A DNA stretch of 64,000 bases from the NCBI GenBank assembly GCA_015056865.1, contig SVFM01000002.1, positions 65,791 through 129,790 on the forward strand, in the 5' to 3' direction. Below are positions 56,570-64,000 of the stretch, one piece after another. The first letter of the stretch is position 1. Every line of letters starts with the position of its first letter. The position numbers were made by a program, and so were the translations under genes. Under the pieces are notes generated by a model. The model did not search any database. It was not told the origin of the DNA and was given only the letters and a program-made list of their open reading frames with translations. This stretch comes from Lachnospiraceae bacterium (GTDB lineage Bacteria; Bacillota; Clostridia; Lachnospirales; Lachnospiraceae).

Positions 56570-57649
56570 ATGAAAAAATTTAAAAAAATACTTTTACGTA
56601 CCTTATTGGTACTGTTCACCTTTATCGCCCTTACTTTTATAGGAGCTTATTCCACATTGTGGCTCATATGTCACGGTCCCAGTCAGACTGCCAGAGATCT
56701 GTTTGTCTCCACTATTATGGAAACGGGACAGATGAAATTCCTGGCCTCCTGGTATTTCAGCGAGGAAGAAATTCTGGAGATCACAGGCCGCAACGGTATG
56801 GTCCATAACAAAGAAGATGTAAACCCGGATCTTATCGTAACTCCTACTCCGGATCAGGATCCAGACACAGAAACGGATTTCGACATCAATGGCATAGAGA
56901 TTGTGGAAATTTCCGGGCGCTCCTTCTTTGGCAAATTGATGATCATCAACGATCCCTCCAGAGTCAAACTGACCACCATCTATCCCTGGTCCGAGGATCC
57001 GGAGGGCAAAAAAGGCCAGACGCTGAAGGAATTGGTGGAAAATGGTAACTATCTGGGCGGCGTCAACGGCGGGGAATACTTTTCTTCCGGTAACTGGGGT
57101 GGTAAACCCAAGGGCCTGGTGGTCTGCGACGGCCAGATTCAATACAATGTACCCCAGCGCGGGGACGTGATGATCGGCTTTAATGAGGACAATATCCTGA
57201 TGATCATGGAAATTGGTTCTCTCTCCGCTAAGCAAGTGGAGGAATTGGTCGCTGATAACCACATTCGGGATGCAGTCAGCTTCAAAGACATTGATGACGG
57301 GGACGATAACCATTTTACCAAGCTGATCATCAACGGTGAAGCAACCCAGATCAGCGGCAATGGCAGCGGAGCCAATCCCCGTACAGCCATCGGCCAAAAG
57401 GCTGACGGTACCGTACTCTTACTGGTTACCGATGGCCGAGGGGCTGCAGGACATTTAGGAGCCACTGCCAGGGATCTGATCTCCATCATGCAAGAATATG
57501 GGGCTGTCAATGCCGCCAATCTGGACGGCGGCAGTTCCTCCGCCATGTACTATGACGGAGCTTATGAGATGTCCAGTGTCACCTTATATTACGCTACCTC
57601 CTCATGGAGACTGCCCACAGCCTTTGTGGTAGAAAAAAGGGAGGACTAA
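56570..57649 (+). CDS. phosphodiester glycosidase (NAGPA/DUF2233) family protein
   Basis: N-terminal signal/TM anchor, PRTAIGQ and NLDGGSSS motifs. ATG at 56570 after a GGAGG. Confidence 0.75.
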   Translation: MKKFKKILLRTLLVLFTFIALTFIGAYSTLWLICHGPSQTARDLFVSTIMETGQMKFLASWYFSEEEILEITGRNGMVHNKEDVNPDLIVTPTPDQDPDTETDFDINGIEIVEISGRSFFGKLMIINDPSRVKLTTIYPWSEDPEGKKGQTLKELVENGNYLGGVNGGEYFSSGNWGGKPKGLVVCDGQIQYNVPQRGDVMIGFNEDNILMIMEIGSLSAKQVEELVADNHIRDAVSFKDIDDGDDNHFTKLIINGEATQISGNGSGANPRTAIGQKADGTVLLLVTDGRGAAGHLGATARDLISIMQEYGAVNAANLDGGSSSAMYYDGAYEMSSVTLYYATSSWRLPTAFVVEKRED

Positions 57650-57652
57650 GCT

Positions 57653-58771
57653 ATGACAGAGACAAAAAAGAAAAAACTACCTATATTTTGGATCCTATAT
57701 ATACTCTTTGGCCTGCTGTTGATCGGCTTTTGGATTTATGTGCTCTCGTATGTAAATCGGTGTCTGATCGCCTATGAGAGTTCTCAGCCCGAACATGTCA
57801 TCCAGGCCTTTGTAAAACGCCTGGAAAACGGGGAAGTCGAAGAACTGTTCAGTTTCTCCTCTACCCAAAACCGTTTTGAGGACATTGATCTGGCCAAGAA
57901 ACGTTATATTGATGGCCTTTCAGGTTCGGATATTACCTATGAAAAGGCACCCGGTAATTATAATGCACAGGAGCCTTCCTATGACTTGTATGTAAAAGAT
58001 GACCACATTGCAACCGTTACTTTGCAGGAAACTGCTTCCACGCCGCTGATGTTTATCCTGGCTGCTCAGGAGTGGGATGTACTCTCCGCTGTACCCATTC
58101 TGGAAGTACCCCAAAACAGCATTACTGTTTGTATTCCTGACACTTATACCCTGACTGTAAATGGCATCCCTGCGGATCAGCGGGAACTTACCGGCCGGGA
58201 ATGGGATATGGAGCAATTCCAGTATTCCGCAGAGTATGTGACTGTACCGAAACTGGTGGAATATCGGATCACTGATCTGTTTGACACCCCTGAGGTTGAA
58301 ATCCGGGATGCTTACGGCAATAACATGGCCTATACAGAAGAAAATGGCGTGATCCAAGTTTCTGACTTTGCCTCCATGCAGATGGATGCAGAGCTGGCCG
58401 ACTATGTACTGCAAAACGCCATAGACTACTCCAACTTCTTCTCCCGGGATCTGGAAGGCTGCCGGGCCAGCGTAGAACCGATCAGTCATATGTTCCCTGA
58501 GAATTCCTACTACTTGGAGCTTGCAGACAACTACCGCAAGCATGATATGTGGATGTACAGCTCACACCATGCACCGGCTTTCTCCAATGAAAAAGTGTCT
58601 GACTATGTCAGATACTCTGAGGATCTCTTTTCCTGCAGTGTCTATTTTGAAAAAAACATGGTGCTGATCTCCACCGGTGCAAAACGTGTGGATGTTACAA
58701 ACACCAGATTTTACTACGCCAAACTGGATGACCGCTGGGTCATCGTAGATATGCAGACTATATTGGAGTAA
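57653..58771 (+). CDS. hypothetical membrane-anchored protein (372 aa)
   Basis: One N-terminal TM (IFWILYILFGLLLIGFWIYVL). The start is 4 nt after the upstream stop. Confidence 0.55.
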   Translation: MTETKKKKLPIFWILYILFGLLLIGFWIYVLSYVNRCLIAYESSQPEHVIQAFVKRLENGEVEELFSFSSTQNRFEDIDLAKKRYIDGLSGSDITYEKAPGNYNAQEPSYDLYVKDDHIATVTLQETASTPLMFILAAQEWDVLSAVPILEVPQNSITVCIPDTYTLTVNGIPADQRELTGREWDMEQFQYSAEYVTVPKLVEYRITDLFDTPEVEIRDAYGNNMAYTEENGVIQVSDFASMQMDAELADYVLQNAIDYSNFFSRDLEGCRASVEPISHMFPENSYYLELADNYRKHDMWMYSSHHAPAFSNEKVSDYVRYSEDLFSCSVYFEKNMVLISTGAKRVDVTNTRFYYAKLDDRWVIVDMQTILE

Positions 58772-58788
58772 AGAAAGGTATCCAAATA

Positions 58789-58992
58789 ATGTTAGCACCT
58801 ATCGTAATTACAGTTCTTCTGATATTATATTTTGTTGTTTATTTTGGTATTTTATTTGCCATACTTGACGGTATATGGAAGTTTGTTTTCGGAATTATAC
58901 CACTAGGATTATCGGCATTGATCATCAAAGTTTGCATAGAAAGAATAAAAGAAATAAGAAAGGGTGAAGAAGATGATATTAGTAAATACTGA
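58789..58992 (+). CDS. small two-TM membrane protein (67 aa)
   Basis: Hydrophobic ORF with an AAGAAAGG RBS. It overlaps the following gene by 20 nt. Confidence 0.45.
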   Translation: MLAPIVITVLLILYFVVYFGILFAILDGIWKFVFGIIPLGLSALIIKVCIERIKEIRKGEEDDISKY

Positions 58993-59284
58993 TTACATTA
59001 CCGGTAAAGAATTGGAAATGTTATCCATTGTCAAAGGAAGTACCATTCAGTCAAAGCATCTGGGGAAGGACATTGCTCAAAGCTTTAAAACATTAGTCGG
59101 TGGAGAACTGACTTCCTACAATGAGATGATGAATGAGGCCCGAGCTATTGCAACCAAGAGAATGGTTGCCGAAGCAGAGGCACTGGGAGCAGATGCCATA
59201 GTAAATATTCGCTATGCTTCTTCAGCCGTTATGCAGGGTGCCGCAGAGATTATTACTTACGGTACTGCAGTAAAATTCAAGTAA
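58973..59284 (+). CDS. YbjQ-family (UPF0145) protein
   Basis: MILVNTDYITGKE..GGELTSY..EARAIATKRM..GADAIVNIRY..YGTAVKF is typical of YbjQ. Confidence 0.85.
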   Translation: MILVNTDYITGKELEMLSIVKGSTIQSKHLGKDIAQSFKTLVGGELTSYNEMMNEARAIATKRMVAEAEALGADAIVNIRYASSAVMQGAAEIITYGTAVKFK

Positions 59285-59320
59285 GACATGTTCTCCCGCT
59301 ATAAAGAAGAATTTTAAAAA

Positions 59321-59350
59321 TAGGCTCATCTCCATACCGGGATGAGCCTA
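59321..59350 (-). terminator. terminator hairpin between convergent genes
   Basis: 10-bp stem taggctcatc/gatgagccta. A T-run follows on the minus strand (TATTTTTAAAATTC). Confidence 0.55.
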
Positions 59351-59390
59351 AAACTTTCTATTATAGAATTACAATTCCTTAGGGGGAATT

Positions 59391-59909
59391 TTAAAGATTG
59401 CAGAGAACCACCACTAACTGCGGCGTTGTCTGGGCCGGAATGCTTCTGGTGGTTCTGTCATATACCACCATCAGATATCGATTGGCAGGATTGCCTGAGA
59501 AGTTCTGATTGTTTACCGTCCGCACAGGCACATTGTCATCCAGATTCAACTGCAATCTGCCATCCGAAGACACCAGGTTCCGATTAAAGAAGGATACTGC
59601 AACACTCTGACCGGGAAATACCTGAGCGACCGCTACTGCCTGATACTGAGGCGGGTAAATCAATATCATGGGAGCGTCTGCATCATAAAAGAACATAACT
59701 TCCATACCCACATACAGATTTTCAAAGTTGAGCACGTACGTATCCGCCGACACAATGAAGTTTACAATGCCTCCATCCTCCTGCTCCAGAGTGACAAATT
59801 GTGCGCACCCTCCTCTGCCGCTGCCTGCTGCCGCCTGAATATCGGTGATCGTCCCCTGTATCATCATGAAATTTTTTCTGAAGTTTCGATTTCTGAATCC
59901 AAAATCCAT
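59391..59909 (-). CDS. hypothetical protein (172 aa)
   Basis: Clean ORF between a terminator and mnmA. No family recognised. The start is uncertain. Confidence 0.45.
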   Translation of the reverse strand: MDFGFRNRNFRKNFMMIQGTITDIQAAAGSGRGGCAQFVTLEQEDGGIVNFIVSADTYVLNFENLYVGMEVMFFYDADAPMILIYPPQYQAVAVAQVFPGQSVAVSFFNRNLVSSDGRLQLNLDDNVPVRTVNNQNFSGNPANRYLMVVYDRTTRSIPAQTTPQLVVVLCNL

Positions 59910-59969
59910 ATTTCCTCAACCACATACAAACTTTCTTTACATTAGTCTATGCGGGCCAAATAAATCGGT

Positions 59970-61046
59970 TTACAGAATCGTTCCCCCTCCCAGAACATAT
60001 TCTCCTCGGTAAAACACAATCGCCTGTCCCGGCGTAGAGGCACGCACAGGCTCATCAAACAGACAGGCTACGGTTCCATCCTCCCGCTCCTCTATGGTAC
60101 ATGCCGCACCTTGATGGCTGTACCTGATCTTGGCCATCACCCGCTCCGGTCCTGTCAATCCGGCAACCGCCATATAATTTACCTTGTTGCAGAGAATTTC
60201 CCTGGTAAACGTGTCTTCATTCTCACCAATGACCACTTCATTTGTCTCCAGGCGGATCCTGCACACAAAAGCCCGGCGGCCCAAGGCAATCCCAAGTCCT
60301 TTTCGCTGACCGATGGTATAATGGGTGATTCCCTGATGCCGACCCAGCACATTTCCATCCAGATCCACAAAATTGCCGGGCCTGGGCGTCCTTCCACCGG
60401 CCTTACGCTCCACAAATGCCGCGTAATCTCCGTCCGGTACAAAACAGATATCCTGGCTGTCCGGTTTGCCGGCAACAAAAAGCCCCGCCTGCTCGGCCAT
60501 CTGACGGATCTCCTCCTTGGTATAACCCCCTATGGGCATAAGGGTTCTGGCAAGCTGCTCCTGGGTCAGATTGTAAAGCGCATAGGTTTGATCCTTTGAA
60601 GCAGTCACCGAGTTGCGCACTGCATATCTGCCATTAGAAAGCTTATCTATTCTGGCATAATGGCCGGTGGCAATATAATCCGCACCCATAGCCAGGCTGC
60701 GCTGTAACAGAGCCTCCCATTTCACAGACCGATTGCATACGATACAGGGGTTAGGCGTCCTTCCCTGCAAATACTCTTCCGCAAAATAGTCGATTACCTG
60801 TTCCTTAAATTCTCTCTCAAAATTAATTACATAGTGAGGAATATCCAGCTGCCCAGCCACCCTTGCAGCATCCTCTGCCGCTGAAAAACCACAGCAACCT
60901 CCATTTTCTTCCTGGGTTTCTTTCTGTTCCTGCCACATCTGCATAGTTACACCGATCACGTCATATCCTTGCTCTTTTAACAACAAAGCCGCAACCGAAG
61001 AATCCACTCCCCCGGACATTCCCACCACCACTTTTTTCTTCATCAT
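59970..61046 (-). CDS. mnmA: tRNA 2-thiouridine(34) synthase
   Basis: VVGMSGGVDSSVAA PP-loop. The ATG at 61046 makes an ATGA overlap with the nth stop. Confidence 0.96.
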   Translation of the reverse strand: MMKKKVVVGMSGGVDSSVAALLLKEQGYDVIGVTMQMWQEQKETQEENGGCCGFSAAEDAARVAGQLDIPHYVINFEREFKEQVIDYFAEEYLQGRTPNPCIVCNRSVKWEALLQRSLAMGADYIATGHYARIDKLSNGRYAVRNSVTASKDQTYALYNLTQEQLARTLMPIGGYTKEEIRQMAEQAGLFVAGKPDSQDICFVPDGDYAAFVERKAGGRTPRPGNFVDLDGNVLGRHQGITHYTIGQRKGLGIALGRRAFVCRIRLETNEVVIGENEDTFTREILCNKVNYMAVAGLTGPERVMAKIRYSHQGAACTIEEREDGTVACLFDEPVRASTPGQAIVFYRGEYVLGGGTIL

Positions 61047-61684
61047 TCCTCCACACCTGTCTTTCTGCAAATATCCGCCAGGCAACACTTTTCACAATAG
61101 GGTCTGGTTCTGGCTGTACAAACCGCCCTGCCGTGATCCACCAGTCTGTGGCAAAAATCATTTCCCTCCTCCGGGGGAATCAACTTCCACAGTTCCTTCT
61201 CCACCTTACCGGGTTCCTTGATCCCGTCCACCAGTCCCATACGGTTGACCAAGCGGATACAATGGGTGTCCGTCACAATAGCCGGCTTACCAAACACATC
61301 TCCAAGCACCAGATTGGCACTCTTACGCCCTACCCCCGGCAATGCCAGCAACGCATCCATCTGATCCGGCACCCGGCCCTCATATTGCTCTAACAGAACT
61401 TTCATGCAGGCACTGATATCCCTTGCCTTACTATGACCCAATCCACAGGGTTTCACTATGGCCTCAATCTCCTCCACCGGTGCCTGGGCCAAGGACTCCA
61501 GCGTAGGAAATTTGGCATAAAGATCCTGCACAACCACATTTACCCTGGCGTCTGTGCATTGGGCCGCCAACCGCACACTGACCAACAACTTCCAGGCCTC
61601 ATTATATTCCAACGTACAATCTGTCTGGGGATATTCTTCCTTTAATCGCCGGATGATCTCCAGCGCAAGCTCTTTCTTCGTCAT
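61043..61684 (-). CDS. nth: endonuclease III
   Basis: HhH motif LPGVGRKSANLVL and a C-terminal Cys cluster CTARTRPYCEKCCLADIC. Start moved to the ATG at 61684. Confidence 0.93.
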   Translation of the reverse strand: MTKKELALEIIRRLKEEYPQTDCTLEYNEAWKLLVSVRLAAQCTDARVNVVVQDLYAKFPTLESLAQAPVEEIEAIVKPCGLGHSKARDISACMKVLLEQYEGRVPDQMDALLALPGVGRKSANLVLGDVFGKPAIVTDTHCIRLVNRMGLVDGIKEPGKVEKELWKLIPPEEGNDFCHRLVDHGRAVCTARTRPYCEKCCLADICRKTGVEE

Positions 61685-61756
61685 ACTCTTATCTTCTTTC
61701 TTCCTTTGTTTTTGCATATAATGAATAAAGTTCTCTGGCAAATACGGGAGTTCTCC

Positions 61757-63115
61757 ATGAAAAAGACGCATCCTCTCGTTCTGGGCACCCTTGTTCTGAC
61801 CATCACCGGAATGATCAGCCGACTGATCGGCTTTTTTTACCGTATCTATCTTTCGAAATTATTTGGCGAGGAGGGCATGGGCATCTATCAGCTGCTGGGC
61901 CCTGTCATGGCGCTCACTTTCTCTATATCGGCCGCCGGTCTCCAAACTGCCATTTCAAAGCATGTAGCTGTTGAAACCTCCACGGGCAATTATCGGGCCT
62001 CCGCCCGGGTGGTAACCGTTGGTCTGTGTACTTCCATCCTACTTTCCGGCATCTGCACCTGGTTCATTCTGGAATACTCCGACTGGATCGCTGTTCGTTT
62101 CCTGCTGGAGGAGCGCACAGCCTCCATGCTGCGCATTGTGGCACTTTCCATCCCGTTAGGTGCGGTACACTCCTGCATCAATGGATATTTTTACGGTATC
62201 AAAAAAACCGGCACTCCATCCGCAACCCAACTGGCTGAACAAGTCTGCCGTGTTGCCTGTGTATATTTTGCCGCCCGCACAGCAGATGAATTGGGTGTCA
62301 CCCCTACCATCAACGTGGCTGTCATAGGTTTAGTGATCGGAGAAGGTTTCGCCATGCTGATCTCAATCGGGGCCATCCTGCTGCGCTTTTACCGCCTGTC
62401 ACACAACCAGGCTTACAAGGGTCACATGTTGCCTGCCTCTCCCAGCACAGCAACTGTAGGACGCACCCTGCAGGCTTTGCTTGCAATGGCAATCCCATTA
62501 TCTGCCACCCGCATTGTGATCAATCTGCTGCAGAGCGTGGAAGCCATTTTCATTCCAAACAGACTTCAGGCCTTCGGCTACGATGCAACCACTGCACTTA
62601 GTGTCTACGGTGTACTGACCGGCATGGCCCTGCCCTTGATCTTTTTCCCCTCTGCTGTTACCAATTCTATCTGTGTTCTGCTGCTGCCTATTATTTCGGA
62701 GGCACAGGAAAGCCAGAACCATACAAACATTAAGCGGGCCACCAAAACCGCTATTCTGTTCAGTACCATATTCGGCGGTGCCTGCACTCTGCTGTTTCTA
62801 ACCTGTGGCAAGCTTGCCGGCAATCTCCTGTTTGACAGCGCTCTTGCGGGGCACTTTATCATGACTCTAAGCTTTATCTGTCCCTTTTTGTACCTGTCAG
62901 CCACCATGTCAAGCATTTTGCACGGCCTTGGAAAAACCGCTGTCACATTCGTACTGAACGTTGCCGCACTGGGCATCCGGCTGCTCTTTGTCTTCCTGCT
63001 GATCCCCCACTACGGTATCGAGGGCTATCTATGGGGGCTGCTGCTCAGCCATCTTTCCACCACCTGGCTGGAAGTGGCCGCTGTGAAATATTACACCAAA
63101 AAAATATGTTGCTAA
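61757..63115 (+). CDS. spoVB: MOP-superfamily flippase, stage V sporulation protein B-like
   Basis: About 14 TM segments. The N-terminus LTITGMISRLIGFFYRIYLSKLFGEEGMGIYQL resembles SpoVB/MurJ-type proteins. Confidence 0.7.
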   Translation: MKKTHPLVLGTLVLTITGMISRLIGFFYRIYLSKLFGEEGMGIYQLLGPVMALTFSISAAGLQTAISKHVAVETSTGNYRASARVVTVGLCTSILLSGICTWFILEYSDWIAVRFLLEERTASMLRIVALSIPLGAVHSCINGYFYGIKKTGTPSATQLAEQVCRVACVYFAARTADELGVTPTINVAVIGLVIGEGFAMLISIGAILLRFYRLSHNQAYKGHMLPASPSTATVGRTLQALLAMAIPLSATRIVINLLQSVEAIFIPNRLQAFGYDATTALSVYGVLTGMALPLIFFPSAVTNSICVLLLPIISEAQESQNHTNIKRATKTAILFSTIFGGACTLLFLTCGKLAGNLLFDSALAGHFIMTLSFICPFLYLSATMSSILHGLGKTAVTFVLNVAALGIRLLFVFLLIPHYGIEGYLWGLLLSHLSTTWLEVAAVKYYTKKICC

Positions 63116-63546
63116 ATGCTGTCATGATCCTCTCCCTGGCGTTGCCATTCCACCAACTGCGCCAGGGTAATGCCGTCCACCACATCATTTACTGCCTTAT
63201 CGATCTGTTCCCAAATCCGCACGGTCACACACTTATCTCTCCTGTCGCATGGTACTGCCTCTGCACCCACACAACTGACCGGTGCCAGATCCCCTTCCGT
63301 CAGTCTGAGGATCATCCCCACAGTATATTCTTCCGGCCGTCTGGTCAAAAGATATCCCCCCTGTGCCCCTCGGATACTTCTCACAAACCCTGCCTTATTT
63401 AAAATGGATATGATCTGCTCAGAATATTTGTCTGAAATCTGTTGCCTTTTAGCCGTATCCCGCAAGCTCACAGGCTCACCTGTATCATAAGCCGCCAGAT
63501 CCAACATCAAGCGCAGAGCATATCTTCCTTTTGTAGATATTTTCAT
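63112..63546 (-). CDS. Rrf2-family transcriptional regulator (CymR/IscR-like)
   Basis: MKISTKGRYALRLMLDLA, IRGAQGGY. ATG at 63546 after a GGAGGAC. It lies downstream of cysK. Confidence 0.9.
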   Translation of the reverse strand: MKISTKGRYALRLMLDLAAYDTGEPVSLRDTAKRQQISDKYSEQIISILNKAGFVRSIRGAQGGYLLTRRPEEYTVGMILRLTEGDLAPVSCVGAEAVPCDRRDKCVTVRIWEQIDKAVNDVVDGITLAQLVEWQRQGEDHDSI

Positions 63547-63559
63547 TCTTGTCCTCCGC

Positions 63560-64000
63560 TTATTGAAACATGGGCGTTGACAAATATCTGTCACCTGAAT
63601 CCGGAAGCAGTACCACGATGGTCTTTCCCTGATTTTCCGGTCTGGCTGCCAATATGCCTGCTGCCTTCAGCGCAGCCCCGGAGGATATTCCTACCAAAAG
63701 TCCCTCGCTGACTGCAAAAGCCTTTCCCTGGTCATAAGCGTCCTGATCCTCCACCCGAATGATCTCATCATAAGCCTGTATATTCAGCACCTCCGGCACA
63801 AAACCGGCGCCAATGCCCTGGATCTTATGGTCTCCCGGCTGTCCTCCGGAAAGAACAGGACTTGCAGCAGGTTCTACCGCCACCACCCTGATCTTCGGAT
63901 TCTTCTTTTTCAGATACTCTCCCACACCGGTGATGGTACCGCCTGTGCCAACACAGGCCACAAAAATATCTATTTTTCCGTCTGTCTGTTCCCATATCTC
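63560..64000 (-). CDS. cysK: cysteine synthase A, C-terminal part (gene runs off the window end)
   Basis: [28 protein letters not shown]. The reading frame stays open to the window edge. Confidence 0.9.
   Translation of the reverse strand, partial: EIWEQTDGKIDIFVACVGTGGTITGVGEYLKKKNPKIRVVAVEPAASPVLSGGQPGDHKIQGIGAGFVPEVLNIQAYDEIIRVEDQDAYDQGKAFAVSEGLLVGISSGAALKAAGILAARPENQGKTIVVLLPDSGDRYLSTPMFQ

Noticed and set aside
1-64000. Scan of all intergenic gaps for tRNA, rRNA, riboswitch or T-box leaders.
   Set aside because: The gaps are short (mostly under 280 nt) and are explained by promoters, terminators or the palindromic elements. No cloverleaf or known leader motif was recognised by eye. A covariance-model scan would still be needed to exclude small ncRNAs.

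Overview
The window is a chromosomal segment from a spore-forming Firmicute of class Clostridia. The Lachnospiraceae-like assignment is only an inference from gene content and order. Almost all housekeeping genes lie on the minus strand. From left to right:

- aroE (partial), a yqeG-like gene, nrdR and ylmC.
- sigG on the opposite strand, then sigE and spoIIGA.
- An 11.3-kb accessory operon at 4995-16269.
- A division/cell-wall cluster: ftsZ, divIB, murA, ftsW, murD, mraY, two class B PBPs, ftsL, rsmH, mraZ.
- lgt and ychF, then a small accessory islet.
- The conserved block rsgA-prkC-stp-rlmN-rsmB-fmt-def-priA plus murE.
- An orphan ECF sigma factor.
- A Zn/Cd-type P1B ATPase with an ArsR-family repressor.
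- tpiA-pgk-gap.
- A plus-strand cell-envelope glycosylation block.
- mnmA, nth, a spoVB-like flippase, an Rrf2 regulator and cysK (partial).

No rRNA, tRNA, CRISPR array, transposase or integrase was seen.

The most interesting region is the accessory operon between ftsZ and spoIIGA. It contains a translationally coupled trio: a PqqD-like peptide-binding protein, an HPr-kinase-like P-loop kinase and an NTP_transf_5 nucleotidyltransferase. Alongside these are an ABC exporter, a DUF1796 papain-like protein, an internally duplicated protein with a PP-loop-like motif, glycosyltransferases and a pyruvyl transferase. There is no recognisable precursor peptide and no lasso cyclase.

The second notable signal is a family of long nested palindromes. 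Three copies share a conserved core of about 85-105 nt but have long stems specific to each copy, and a fourth, coreless palindrome may be related. All four sit immediately upstream of start codons.

All calls rest on reading the ORF track and hand translation or alignment. No database search was run.
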